64,000 bases of DNA from Spirochaetia bacterium. Lineage in GTDB: Bacteria > Spirochaetota > Spirochaetia > SZUA-6 > Bin103. A program made the translations under genes and the position numbers. Below the pieces are notes generated by a model, which saw only the letters and a program-made list of their open reading frames with translations, did not search any database and was not told the origin of the DNA. Shown here piece by piece: positions 37,832 to 48,867 of the stretch. The stretch is taken from contig OZ241863.1 of assembly GCA_965203055.1 (NCBI GenBank), positions 512,001 through 576,000 on the forward strand, written 5' to 3'. The first letter of the stretch is position 1, and every line of letters begins with the position of its first letter.

Positions 37832-40800
37832 TGACACCCGGCGTCGAGCAACTCCGTCCCTACCTCCACGCATTCGACTTTCATCGAGAGCCTCGGCTGG
37901 AACCATTACCGCGGCAGTCCGGTTCAGGCTGCCGCGCCGGACGGGCACGACTACTCGTTGCGCCCGCTGGCGGAGAAGGCCGGGTTCGTCATCTATCTCT
38001 GCAGCCCCGACGCCGCCGGCGGCGTGCCGCCCTATCCCGTGCGCCGCAAGATCGAGCGCGACGTCGCCAAGCTGGCCTTCGAGCACCTGATCATATTCGT
38101 CGACGCTGCCGGGACCACGCAGGTGTGGCAGTGGGTCAAGCGGGAGAGCGGTACCCCTGCCGTCTGCCGCGAACACGCGTTCCGGGCCGGGCAGAGCGGC
38201 GACCCGTTGCTGCAACGCCTGCGCACGCTCGCGTTCAGCCTGGACGAGGAAGCAGGACTGAGCATCCCGGTGGTGGCGGACCGCGTACGGCAGGCGATGG
38301 ACGTGGAGCGGCTGACCAGGCGTTTCTACGAACGGTTCCGGAAGGAGTTGTCCGCCTTCTCGGAGTTCATCGACGGCATCGAGGCGCACGGCGACCGCGC
38401 GTGGTACGCCTCGCTGATGCTGAACCGCATGATGTTCGTGTACTTCGTGCAGAAGCAGGGCTTCCTCGACGATGATCCCGACTACTTGCGCAATCGCCTG
38501 GCGATGGTTCAGGGTCTGCAACGCAGTAACGGCGATAGCCGCGACGGCCGCTTCCACCGGTTCTATCGCTTCTTTTTGCGCCGGTTGTTCCACGAGGGGC
38601 TGGGCCAACCCGAGGCCGAGCGCGCGCCGGAGCTGGTCGCGCTGATGGGCAGGATTCCGTTCCTCAACGGCGGCCTGTTCGAGGTGCACGATCTGGAACG
38701 CGACTATCCCGAGATCGACATCCCGGACGAGGCGTTCGCACGAGTATTCGAGTTCTTCGACGGCTACCGCTGGCACCTCGACGAGCGCCCCAGTCGCGCG
38801 GACAATGAGATCAACCCGGACGTACTCGGCTACATCTTCGAAAAGTACGTCAACCAGAAGCAGATGGGCGCCTACTACACGAAGGAGGACGTCACCGGGT
38901 ACATGGCGCGCAACACGGTGATTCCGTTCCTGTTCGACGCGGCGCGCAAGAAGTGCCCGGTGGCGTTCCAACCCGGCGGCGGGGTCTGGCGCCTGCTGCA
39001 GGATGACCCCGACCGGTATATCCACCCGCCGGCGGCGGAGGCTGGCGCCATTGCGCTGCGGGACCGGCGGCGGTACGCCGAGGTGCGCGCGAAGCTGGTG
39101 TCCGGCGAAGTTCGCACGGTCAATGACCTGATCACGCTGAACCTCGACATCGATCGCTTCGTCCACGATGCCATCGTGCGCAGCGAAGGGCCGGAGCTGC
39201 TGCGCGCGTTCTGGCAGGCCATGCGCGACGTTTCCGTGTTGGACCCGACCTGCGGGTCAGGCGCCTTCCTGTTCGCTGCGCTGACGATCCTCGAACCGTT
39301 GTACGCCGCCTGCCTCGAAGGAATGCGGGGGTTCCTCGACGACCTGCAGCGCACCGGGCGGCCGCATCACCCCCGCGCGCTGCAGGACTTTCGCGATGTG
39401 CTCGCCCAGGTCGACCGCCACCCCAGCGTCCGCTACTTCATTCTCAAGTCGATCGTCCTGAACAATTTGTACGGCGTGGACATCATGGAAGAGGCGGTCG
39501 AGATCTGCAAGCTGCGCCTGTTCCTGAAGCTGGTCGCGCAGTTGGAGCGCTACGATCAGATCGAGCCGCTGCCGGACATCGACTTCAACATCCGCACCGG
39601 CAACACGCTGGTGGGATTCACTTCGTTGGAGGCCGTCCGCCGCGCTATCAGCATGGACGGGGAGCAGGTTCGGGCGCTGTACGGAGAAGACCACGCTACT
39701 CTGGAGCGCATCGCCGAAACGGCCGAGATCGCCAGCCGCGCGTTCGACCAGTTCAGAATGCAGCAGACTGCCTTGGGCGGCTCCGTGACCGCCGCCGACA
39801 AGGCCAACCTGCGCCGCCGGCTGGATGCTCTGGACGCTGAGCTGAACCGCTTCCTGGCGAAAGAGTACGGCATCAAGCCTGCAGGGCGCCGCTACGACGC
39901 CTGGCGCGCCAGCCACCGCCCGTTCCACTGGTTCGTGGAGTTCTACGGCATCATGAACCGCGGCGGGTTCGACGTGGTCATCGGCAACCCGCCGTACGTA
40001 GCGAAGCGCACCGTTGCCAAGGTCTATCGATTGAAGGGGTTCGGTACCGGCGATTGTCCGGACATCTATGCGCCGGTTCTGGAGCGGAGCATCCACGTGT
40101 GCCGCGCCGGTGGCCGCATCAGCATGATCGTTCCGTTGAGCTTGACCTTCAGTTCCGGCTTTGCGCCATTGCGCACGCTGATATACGAGAGTGCGGAGCG
40201 CGGCTGGTTTTCGTCGTTCGGCCGGATTCCCTCCGCGCTGTTCTCATTCGACACCCGAGTTCGCAACACGATCTTCCTCGGACACAAGGGGCGTGCCCGC
40301 ACCACCGCTCGACGGTTCTTCACGACTCGGCTGCATCGCTGGTTCGACACCGAGCGGGCTACCCTGTTCGAACGCATGTCCTACTCAGAGTTTCTGCCGG
40401 CGCCGTTTGGCGGACTGGTTCCAAAGCTCGACAGCCCGCGGCTGATGCGGGCGTTCGAGAATCTGCTCACGAGCGGCGACTATCGTCTGAAGAGCGACTT
40501 GGCGCCATCGGCGGCCGCCGGCTATCCGCTGCATTTCAAGCAGACCGCCTACAACTGGTTGACGTTCTGCATCGAGAAGCCGCCCGCATCTGACCTTGAT
40601 GGTCATCCGGTACCTCAGACTAAGTACGGAACGGTACAATTCCTGCACGAAGAACAGCGCGATCTTTCATTGATCCTGGCCAACGGACTACTGATGTTTA
40701 CGTGGTGGATTCTCGCAGGAGACGACTTCGACGTGACCAGGGGTAACGTTGCATCAACTCCGTTTGGTCCCGGTCAACTCTCCGCGGAGCAGCAGGCGCT

Positions 40801-41032
40801 CGCACTGAGTTTGCGCCCCGAGCTGGAGGAGGAAATGCGCCGGAACCTGGTGTTCAAGCGCAATGCCGGCAAGAATATCGGCAACTACAACCTGGCCCGC
40901 TGCCGGCGCGTCACCGACGAGGCGGACCGGATCTGGCTCCACGCACTAGGTCTGGACGAACTATGGGAGGACCTGGCGACTGAACACGCGTTGGTGGTCA
41001 GGACGTCGTTCGACGACGAGAGCGCCGGGTAG
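37831..41032 (+). pseudogene. Eco57I-like (type IIG-like) amino-methyltransferase with a frameshift near 37880
   Basis: TGATG-coupled start MTPGVEQLRPYLHAFDF continues as FIESLGWNH in the next frame; GAYYT, LDPTCGSGAFL, IGNPPY. Confidence 0.8.
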
Positions 41033-41045
41033 AGTAGGGTAGACA

Positions 41046-41663
41046 ATGGTGCCAAGACGCTACGAACCTGGAGCGCCGGAGACTCCGAAGGCGTTACGGC
41101 GTTGGTTCGAGAGCGGGCACTCGGGCGCGGTCACGGCGCAGGGCGACGTCCGCATACTCGACGGCGCGCTCACCGGCTTCTTCTGCTCGGTCCGCTGCCC
41201 CGGCGACATCATTCTGCGCGTCTACGACCTCGCTCGCGAGCTGCGCAATACGGAACGAACGTTCATCGGCGGATTCCAGACGCCGCTGGAGAAGGAGTTC
41301 CTCGATCTGCTGCTGCGCGGCTCGGCCCGCGTCGTCGTGTGCCCGGCGCGCAGCATCGAGCACATGCGCATCCCGCAGGAGTGGCGGCCGCCGATCCGCG
41401 CCGGCCGGCTGCTGATCCTGTCTGCGTTCGACCGCGCGCACCGGCGCCCGACGGCCGCGCTCGCCGCGCAGCGCAACGACCTCCTGGCGGTGCTCGCAGT
41501 CGACCTCTTCATCCCCTACGCCGCCCCGGAGGGCAGAACCGAAGCCTTGGCCCGCAAGCTCGCGGCGGCGGGGAAGCCGGTCATCACCGTGGACAGCCCG
41601 TCCAACGCGAATCTGCTCACCTTGGGCGCGCGCCGCCACCCGGCCCCCGGCCACCCTGCCTGA
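41046..41663 (+). CDS. DprA/SMF-like (SLOG fold) protein
   Basis: FFCSVRCPG, IGGFQTPLEKE, VCPARS, AAQRNDLL, GRTEALA. Confidence 0.75.
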   Translation: MVPRRYEPGAPETPKALRRWFESGHSGAVTAQGDVRILDGALTGFFCSVRCPGDIILRVYDLARELRNTERTFIGGFQTPLEKEFLDLLLRGSARVVVCPARSIEHMRIPQEWRPPIRAGRLLILSAFDRAHRRPTAALAAQRNDLLAVLAVDLFIPYAAPEGRTEALARKLAAAGKPVITVDSPSNANLLTLGARRHPAPGHPA

Positions 41664-41751
41664 CGCGAACGACAAGCAAGCGCTCAGTTGAGTATGCTGG
41701 CCGCGGGGCCGCGGCCAGCTTCAGGCAGCAGTGCTCCGGGGAGAACTCGAC

Positions 41752-43197
41752 ATGCAATCGCCGGCCGCCGCGCGGCGGCCCAACATCCTGTGGGTGATGT
41801 GCGACCAGCTTCGGGGGGACGCCCTGGGCTGCACCGGCGGGGGCTACGTCCACACCCCGCGCCTGGACGAGCTGGCGCGCCGCGGCACGCTGCTGCGCAA
41901 CGCCTACTGCGCCTCTCCGGTGTGCTCGCCGGCGCGGGCGAGCTGGCTTACCGGCCTCTATCCCCACGCCACCGGCCAGTGGATCAACTACGGCCCGGAG
42001 CGCGCCGCGGCGCCCGGCGGGAAGCTGCGCGCCGACGCGGTCACCATCGGCGACGTGCTGGCCGGCGCCGGCTACCGTTGCGCCAACGTCGGCGTCTGGC
42101 ACCTCGGCGACGACGAGCGGCCGCAACACGGCTTCACGCACGGCTGGCACACCTATCGTTACTATCGCACGGCGGACGATCCGCTGGTGCGCTACTTCGC
42201 GGCCCAGGGGGTGGAAAACCTCTACCGCCGCGGCGCCCCGGGGGTGATCCGCTACGGGCCCAACACGCTGCCCTTCGGGACCATCGAGGATCCGCGCCAG
42301 CAGCGCACCACCTGGACCGTGGACCGCGCCATCGAGGTGCTCGACCGACTCGCCGGCGAACCCTTCTTCCTGCTGTGCGGGGTGAAGGACCCGCACCCCG
42401 AGATGCTGGTGGCGCCGGAACTGCTGGAGCGCTACCCGGGGCGGTCGATCCCGCTCCCGGCGTCCCGCGGCGACCAGCTGGCCGGCAAGCCGGCGTTCCA
42501 GCGCCGCGCCAAGTTCCGCATTCCCCCCGGCTCCCTCGACGACCACCGCTACCGCCGCATGCTGGCGCACTACTACGCCCTGGTGACCCACGTCGACGCC
42601 GAAGTGGGCCGGCTGCTGGACCACCTGCAGCGGCTCGGCGTGCGCGACGACACCCTGGTGGTGTTCAGCAGCGACCACGGCGAGATGCTGGGCGAGCACG
42701 GGTTCGTGGAGAAGTGCCTGATGTATGAGGCATCGGTGCGGGTGCCCTGCATCCTGTCGTGGCCGGCCGGGCTGCCCGCCGGGCAGGAGGTGCAGTGCCC
42801 GGTCGGCGGCGTGGACCTGATGCCGACCCTGCTGGAGCTGGCCGCGGCGCCGCTGCCCGGCCCGCTCGACGGGCGCTCGCTGGCGGCGCCGCTGCGGCGC
42901 GGCGAGGAGCCGGAGCCGGCCCCGGTGCTGGCCGAGATCGCCAGCCAGGACGCCATCTACGGCGGCAGCCGCGCGCCGGAGCAGCTCGCCGCCCACGTCA
43001 TGCTGCGCGCCGGCGACTGGAAGTACGTCCGCAACCGTCACGACATCGACGAGTTGTACGACTTGGCAGCCGACCCGGGCGAGCAGCGCAACCTGGCCGC
43101 GCACCCGGCGCAGGCGGCGCGGGTGGCGGAGCTGCGCCGCCGGATCGCGGCCCTGGTGCGCGTCACCGGTCCCGGCCCCTACGCCTGGTGCGCGTGA
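41752..43197 (+). CDS. Formylglycine-dependent sulfatase
   Basis: PNILWVMCDQLR, CSPAR, SSDHGEMLGEHG, ELYDLAADPGE. Confidence 0.92.
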   Translation: MQSPAAARRPNILWVMCDQLRGDALGCTGGGYVHTPRLDELARRGTLLRNAYCASPVCSPARASWLTGLYPHATGQWINYGPERAAAPGGKLRADAVTIGDVLAGAGYRCANVGVWHLGDDERPQHGFTHGWHTYRYYRTADDPLVRYFAAQGVENLYRRGAPGVIRYGPNTLPFGTIEDPRQQRTTWTVDRAIEVLDRLAGEPFFLLCGVKDPHPEMLVAPELLERYPGRSIPLPASRGDQLAGKPAFQRRAKFRIPPGSLDDHRYRRMLAHYYALVTHVDAEVGRLLDHLQRLGVRDDTLVVFSSDHGEMLGEHGFVEKCLMYEASVRVPCILSWPAGLPAGQEVQCPVGGVDLMPTLLELAAAPLPGPLDGRSLAAPLRRGEEPEPAPVLAEIASQDAIYGGSRAPEQLAAHVMLRAGDWKYVRNRHDIDELYDLAADPGEQRNLAAHPAQAARVAELRRRIAALVRVTGPGPYAWCA

Positions 43198-43284
43198 CCT
43201 GCCGGACCGGCGTGACCCGCCGCGGCGGCGCGTTGCGCGGCGCCGCCCGCTGTGGCACCATCGCGCCATGAAGCGAGGCTCCGA

Positions 43285-43656
43285 GTGTCGGTAGAGACTC
43301 ATCGCCGGGTGTTGATGCGCTTCCACGAAGAGGTGTTCAACCAGCGCAACCTGGCCGTCATCGACGAGGTGCTGCATCCCCGCTACGCGCATTACGACGC
43401 CGGCAGCAAGAGCGCCGACGAGCACAAGAAGATGCTCGCGGATCAGCTTGCCGGCCAGAGCGACTTCCGGGTCACCGTGGATCAAGTGATCATCGAGGGT
43501 GACAGCGCCGCGGTGGAGGTGTCCCACTATCAGGGCGAGCGCAAGTACCGCACCGGCGTGGCGCTGTTCAAGTTTCAAGACGGCCTCATCATCAGCGACC
43601 GCTTCTGGTACCGCCTGGTAGAAGGCGCGCCGGCGGCCGGCAGCGGCGGCGCGTAA
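43285..43656 (+). CDS. SnoaL/NTF2-like (ester cyclase) protein
   Basis: RFHEEVFNQRNLAVIDEVL, VIIEGDSAAV, FKFQDGLI. Confidence 0.7.
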   Translation: MSVETHRRVLMRFHEEVFNQRNLAVIDEVLHPRYAHYDAGSKSADEHKKMLADQLAGQSDFRVTVDQVIIEGDSAAVEVSHYQGERKYRTGVALFKFQDGLIISDRFWYRLVEGAPAAGSGGA

Positions 43657-43764
43657 CCCGTAAAGGACGCCGCGGCGCGGCGGCGGCCAGGTTCGCGCCG
43701 GCGGAGGTAAAGCGAGGCCGCGGTGTGGCCCGCGGCCTCGCATCACTCCAACGTGCTCCCGTGG

Positions 43765-45492
43765 TCAGCTACAGGTGTTGGTCTTACCCGGCGTGGGGGC
43801 CATGGTGACGAAGTCAGCGCCGTTGTCGTTGGTGTCGCTGCCGTTGGGACAGCGGCCGATCGACTTGTCCTCCGTGTCGCTCGGCGCAGGCGTGCCCTCG
43901 CCGGCGCCGTTGGCGCTCCCCTCGTACTGAACCGCGTCCATCACCTTCTTGGTGGAGATCTTCACGATGCGGACGAGGTCGGGGCCTTGCTGCAGGTTGG
44001 TGTCGAGGGCCAGCGTGACGGTGCCGACGGGCAGCGGCGGATCCGGCTGAATCACCGCCGTGTCGCCGATCACGAAGTACTTTCCGGCGCCGAGCTGGCC
44101 GCTGCCGGTGTAGGTGGCGTACGCCGCGCCGCGGGCGCCGTCGACCAGTTCGATGCGGTAGCCGCTCAGATCCACCGCGCTGGAGCCGGGATTCAGGATC
44201 TCGACGAACTCGGCGGTGTCGCCGTTGCCCTCCGTGTCGTAGTCGATCTCGTTGATCACCAGCTCCGCCGCCGGCAGTTGCAGGCCGTTGGGGAACAGGT
44301 TGGCCGGCACCTGGAAGCTGGCCGAGGAGCTGAGGGCGCCCTGAGTCGCGGTCACCTTCAGAGTGCCGGTCTTGGTCTGGTCGTAGCCGGTCAGGAGGGC
44401 GGGATTCGTGGTGGCGCTGCTGAACGAGGTGCCGGCGACCGGGGTGTTGGGCGCGCTGGTGAAGCTCCAGGAGTAGGTCACCGCCGTATCGCCCGCGCTG
44501 GATACTTTGGCGGACCATTGCACCCCGGCGGGTATCCTCCTGCCGGCCACGCTCAGCACCGCCGGTCCGAGGTTGGCCGCAAGGCGCGCCGGGTCGTCCA
44601 CGGGGATGCGGAAGTCCACCGCGACGCGGTTGCCGGCCGCATTCGTCACCACGACCTGCGCAGTATACCGTCCCTTCGCCCTCGGCGCAGTGTATTTGCT
44701 GGTGATGGTGGCGGTTCCGACGGCGCCGCTCTGCGGGCTGTCGGTGGTCACGCTTCCGCTGGACGGTGAGAAGGTGCCGTTCTTGAACTCGTACTTCAGG
44801 GTCTCGGCTTTCTTCCCGGTGACCGACACGGTCACGTTCCCGCTGCCTTGGGCCCGGATGGTCTCGACCGTGATCGCCGAGACTACCGGGAACTGGCCGG
44901 CGCCGGCGCCCGACACCGCGGAGAGGTTGATGGTCAACGCGGCGGTCCGGCGCGTGAGCGTGGCGGTGTGCGTGCCCCGGAACAGCACCGTATCGCTGGC
45001 GTCCTTGGCCTCCGCGGTGAAGTCGATCGGCGTTTCGAGGGTGATCCCGGCGAGGGTGCCTACCCAGCTCCCCTCCGACTTGGTGAGCTCTGCCTCGGCG
45101 AGCGACTCCTGCCGCACGCCGTTGGCGTCGTTCCCCGCGGCGGTGATGGTCACGGACTTCACGTCGGCATGACTGCCGACCGCCGAGGCGAGCCGCCCCG
45201 GCGCGTACCGTTGCGGCTCATGCCGCAGGTCGACCGGGTCGTCGTCGGCGCCTGGCATTACCACCGCGGCCGCCGGTCCGGCGGCGTGCACGGAGCGCGT
45301 CGCGACGGGTGCCGGGGTCAGCGTCGGGACGGCCACCCGCACCGCGAGGTCAGTGGTCTGATACTGCCGGGCGGGCGGGGTCGAAGCGAGTGCCGAGTCC
45401 GGAGCGGCCGGCATCAGTTCGGAACAGGCAGCAAGTGCTGCGGCGAGGACCGCCAACGTAAGGCGGCCCGAGATGATGGATATACGATACAT
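43765..45492 (-). CDS. Lipoprotein with Ig-like segments and a C-terminal lamin-tail domain
   Basis: Lipobox LAAC; LVINEIDYD..AEFVEILN..VDLSGY, SIGRCPNG..TPG. Confidence 0.75.
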   Translation of the reverse strand: MYRISIISGRLTLAVLAAALAACSELMPAAPDSALASTPPARQYQTTDLAVRVAVPTLTPAPVATRSVHAAGPAAAVVMPGADDDPVDLRHEPQRYAPGRLASAVGSHADVKSVTITAAGNDANGVRQESLAEAELTKSEGSWVGTLAGITLETPIDFTAEAKDASDTVLFRGTHTATLTRRTAALTINLSAVSGAGAGQFPVVSAITVETIRAQGSGNVTVSVTGKKAETLKYEFKNGTFSPSSGSVTTDSPQSGAVGTATITSKYTAPRAKGRYTAQVVVTNAAGNRVAVDFRIPVDDPARLAANLGPAVLSVAGRRIPAGVQWSAKVSSAGDTAVTYSWSFTSAPNTPVAGTSFSSATTNPALLTGYDQTKTGTLKVTATQGALSSSASFQVPANLFPNGLQLPAAELVINEIDYDTEGNGDTAEFVEILNPGSSAVDLSGYRIELVDGARGAAYATYTGSGQLGAGKYFVIGDTAVIQPDPPLPVGTVTLALDTNLQQGPDLVRIVKISTKKVMDAVQYEGSANGAGEGTPAPSDTEDKSIGRCPNGSDTNDNGADFVTMAPTPGKTNTCS

Positions 45493-45646
45493 CACCCTGC
45501 ACAACGGGGCCGATGTCCGCCGCGCTTTTACCGGCGCCGGGAAATCGGCGCCGGCGCCCGGTCACGGTAGGAAGGGAGCGCGTATCCCGCCCGGACGGGC
45601 GGGCATGCGTGGGGTGACGGCTCTGAGGCTGGCCCGCGCCGCCCGG

Positions 45647-46492
45647 CTACGGGCTGCGAAACACGCGGTCGGGGCCGTGTTGGGCCACGAAGCCCAGCTC
45701 CTCCTCGATGCGGCGTACGTCGTAGGCGCTGTCCCACTCGTGGCCGCGACGTTCGAACCAGCTCAGGTCCACCTCATCGCCCCACCACCGGCGCAGCACC
45801 TCGGCTACCGGCGCCGCCGCCCAGGCGCGCGGACCGGTAGCGTTGAGAATCCGCAGCCCCGGCTTCAGCGACGCCTCGACCGCGGCGGCGAAGGCCGCCA
45901 CCGCGTCCCGCAGGGTCATCATGGTGATGCTGCCCAGCGCCCACTCGGTGAGCGGCCCGGGCTGAACCAACGGGCGCGGCGCGGCGTCCGGGCACACCGA
46001 CGACAGCCGCAGGTTGATGATGTCGAGCCCCGCGTCCTGGCGCTGCACGTAGCGGGTGATCTCCTCCATCAGGTACTTGGACAGACCGTAGCCGTGGCGG
46101 TCCAGGCAGGGATGTTCGTCGGGAATCGGCAGCGCCGCGGGCCGGAACGCCTTGCTCTGAAAGCCCACCGCGGCGATCGAGCTGGCGGTCACGATCTTGC
46201 GGCAGCCGCGGTGGCGCAGGTAGTGGAGCAGGGTGCGGGTGCCAACCGCATTGACCATGATCGCGGTGTGTTCCGGGGCGCCGCCGGTCACCGCGCCAAG
46301 ATGCACCGCGCCGTCGAAGCGATGTTCGTCCAGCCGCAGCAGGTCCTCGTACTGCTGGAAGTCGCCGCGCACCGTCGGCACCCCCAGTTCCGGGCGCCCG
46401 CGCGCCAGCGCCACCACCTCATGGCGCTGCGCCAGCTCGCGCACCAGCGCCCGCCCAATGAACCCGCTTGCCCCGGTCACCAGAATCTTCAT
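45647..46492 (-). CDS. NAD-dependent epimerase/dehydratase
   Basis: TGASGFIG, YGLSK. Confidence 0.88.
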   Translation of the reverse strand: MKILVTGASGFIGRALVRELAQRHEVVALARGRPELGVPTVRGDFQQYEDLLRLDEHRFDGAVHLGAVTGGAPEHTAIMVNAVGTRTLLHYLRHRGCRKIVTASSIAAVGFQSKAFRPAALPIPDEHPCLDRHGYGLSKYLMEEITRYVQRQDAGLDIINLRLSSVCPDAAPRPLVQPGPLTEWALGSITMMTLRDAVAAFAAAVEASLKPGLRILNATGPRAWAAAPVAEVLRRWWGDEVDLSWFERRGHEWDSAYDVRRIEEELGFVAQHGPDRVFRSP

Positions 46493-46506
46493 GCGATCTC
46501 CTCAGA

Positions 46507-48183
46507 TCAGTGGGTGATGGCGCCGCGGCTGGCGGAGGAGACGAGGCGCGCGTACTTGGCCAGGGCGCCGCGGGTGTAGGGAATCGGACGCTCCGGCAGC
46601 GCTGCCAGCCGCCGGCGCAGCTCCTCCGCGGCCAACTCGACGGTAATCGACTTGCGCTCCAGGTCGATGGCGATGATGTCGCCCTCGCGCAGCGCGGCGA
46701 TCGGGCCGCCGGCCTGCGCTTCGGGAGCGATGTGGCCTACCACGATGCCGTGGCTGCCCCCGGAGAAGCGCCCGTCGGTGATCAACGCCACGTCGGCGAT
46801 CAGCCCGGCCCCGGCAATCGCCGAGGTAAGGGCCAGCATCTCGCGCATGCCGGGACCGCCGCGCGGCCCCTCGTAGCGGATCACCAGTACGTCGCCCTTG
46901 CGCACCTGCCCCTTCAGAATCGCCTGCAGCGCGCCCTCCTCGGCGTCGAACACCCGCGCCGGGCCGCGGTGGCGGCGCACCGTCACCCCGGACGACTTCA
47001 GCACCGCGCCTTCCGGCGCCAGGTTGCCCTTGATCACCAGGATGCCGCCGCTCTCCTTCAATGGCTTGTCCACCGGGTACACCACGTCCTGTCCTTCGAG
47101 CCGCACCTCGACCCCGGCCAGGTTGTCGGCCAGGGTGCGCCCGGTAACGGTGATGCAATCGCCGTGCAGGAGGCCGGCGTCGAGCAGCATCCGCAGCACC
47201 ATCGGCACTCCGCCCACCTGATCGAGGTCCTTCATCACGTAGCGGCCGGCAGGCTTCAGGTCGGCCAGCGTCGGGGTGCTGTCGGCGATCGGATTGAAGT
47301 CGTCGATGGAGAGGTCCACCTCCGCCTCGTGCGCGATGGCGAGCAGGTGGAGGACGGCGTTGGTGGAGCCGCCGAGCGCCATCACCAGGCGGATGGCATT
47401 GAGAAACGCCTCGCGGGTCATGATGTCGCGCGGCTTGAGGCCGCGACGCAGGCAGTCGATCACCGCTTCGCCGGCGGCGCGCAGGTCCTGTTCCTTGCGC
47501 GGGTCCACCGCCGGGATCGATGAGTTGCCCGGCAGCGCCATCCCCAGCGCCTCCACCGCGGAGGCCATGGTGTTGGCGGTGTACATGCCGCCGCATGCGC
47601 CCTGGCAGGGAATGGCGGCGCGTTCGATGCCGGCGCGCTCCTCCTCGTCGATGCGCCCGGCGCTGAAGGCCCCCACCGCCTCGAACGCCGAGATGATGTC
47701 GACGTCGCGGCCGCGGTACACGCCCGGCAGGATGGTGCCGCCGTAGACGAACACGCTGGGGATATTCATCCGCGCCATCGGCATCACCGTGCCGGGGATG
47801 GTCTTGTCGCAGCCGCCGATGCCGATGATGGCGTCGAACTGGTGGCCGATGGTGACCAGCTCGATGGTGTCGGCGATGGCGTCGCGGCTCACCAGGGAGG
47901 CCTTCATGCCCTCGTGGCCCATCGCCTCGCCGTCGGTCACCACGAAGGTGTTGTAGCGCAGCGGGAAGCCGCCGGCCTGGCGCACGCCGGCCTTGGCCTG
48001 CTCGGCGAGGTCGTCCAGGTGCATGTTGCACGGCGTCACTTCGGAGCCGGCGCTGGCGATGCCCACCAGGGCGCGGTCGAAGTCGGCGTCCTCCATGCCG
48101 ACGGCGCGCAGCATCGCGCGGTTGGGCGTGCGTTCGATGCCGGCGGTCATGTTGCGGCTGCGGCTGTTCAGGGGGGTGCTCAC
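46507..48183 (-). CDS. ilvD: Dihydroxy-acid dehydratase
   Basis: PCNMHL, GCDKTIPG, CGGMYTANTM, GGSTNAVLHL, TDGRFSG. Confidence 0.97.
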   Translation of the reverse strand: MSTPLNSRSRNMTAGIERTPNRAMLRAVGMEDADFDRALVGIASAGSEVTPCNMHLDDLAEQAKAGVRQAGGFPLRYNTFVVTDGEAMGHEGMKASLVSRDAIADTIELVTIGHQFDAIIGIGGCDKTIPGTVMPMARMNIPSVFVYGGTILPGVYRGRDVDIISAFEAVGAFSAGRIDEEERAGIERAAIPCQGACGGMYTANTMASAVEALGMALPGNSSIPAVDPRKEQDLRAAGEAVIDCLRRGLKPRDIMTREAFLNAIRLVMALGGSTNAVLHLLAIAHEAEVDLSIDDFNPIADSTPTLADLKPAGRYVMKDLDQVGGVPMVLRMLLDAGLLHGDCITVTGRTLADNLAGVEVRLEGQDVVYPVDKPLKESGGILVIKGNLAPEGAVLKSSGVTVRRHRGPARVFDAEEGALQAILKGQVRKGDVLVIRYEGPRGGPGMREMLALTSAIAGAGLIADVALITDGRFSGGSHGIVVGHIAPEAQAGGPIAALREGDIIAIDLERKSITVELAAEELRRRLAALPERPIPYTRGALAKYARLVSSASRGAITH

Positions 48184-48803
48184 TGGGTGCTCCTGGTGGC
48201 AAAGGCGTCAAGGTAGGGGAGCCGCGCCGCGGCCGCGGCGATTCGGTCCCGATTGGCGAGCAGCAGCGTGGTGGAATCCCAGGTGCCGCGCAGCAGGGCG
48301 CGCCGCGCCCCCTCCGGCAGCTCCGCGGCGCAGCTCAGCGGCCCGGCGTTGACCTGTCCGGCAGCCAGGTCGACCGTCACCTCGGTGGCGGGCTGCGCCG
48401 CCGCCAGCGCCTGCAGGCGTTCCCGGTCGGCGGCGGCGACGCGCACCGCCGGAATCCCCAGCACGGTGCAGTTGCCGGCGAAGATCTCTGCGAACGACTC
48501 GCCCACCAGAGCCCGGATGCCGAACCGCTGCAGCGCCTGCGGCGCATGCTCACGGGACGAGCCGCAGCCGAAGTTGCGCCCCACCAGCAGGATCGAGGCG
48601 CCGGCAAAGCGGGAGTCGTCGAACGGGTGGGTGCGGCCCGCCTTGCGGTCGGCGGCGCGCTCGTCGATGAACGCCCCTTCGCCCAGGCCGTCGAACGTCA
48701 CCTGCTTCAGGTAGCGGGCGGGAATGATGCGGTCGGTGTCGATGTCGTTACCCCGCATCGGGATCGCGCGCCCGGTGGTGACCGCGCGCCGGGCCTCGCT
48801 CAT
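48180..48803 (-). CDS. leuD: 3-isopropylmalate dehydratase small subunit
   Basis: DIDTDRIIPARYL, NFGCGSSREHA. Confidence 0.97.
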   Translation of the reverse strand: MSEARRAVTTGRAIPMRGNDIDTDRIIPARYLKQVTFDGLGEGAFIDERAADRKAGRTHPFDDSRFAGASILLVGRNFGCGSSREHAPQALQRFGIRALVGESFAEIFAGNCTVLGIPAVRVAAADRERLQALAAAQPATEVTVDLAAGQVNAGPLSCAAELPEGARRALLRGTWDSTTLLLANRDRIAAAAARLPYLDAFATRSTQ

Positions 48804-48867
48804 CGCCCACCTCCCGGCCCGTCCGCAGGCCGGATCGAACGACGGTAAGTAACTTTACTGTATAACA

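Noticed and set aside
45531..45554. 9-bp hairpin as an intrinsic terminator
   Set aside because: No U-tract follows on either strand, and GC-only stems are common here.
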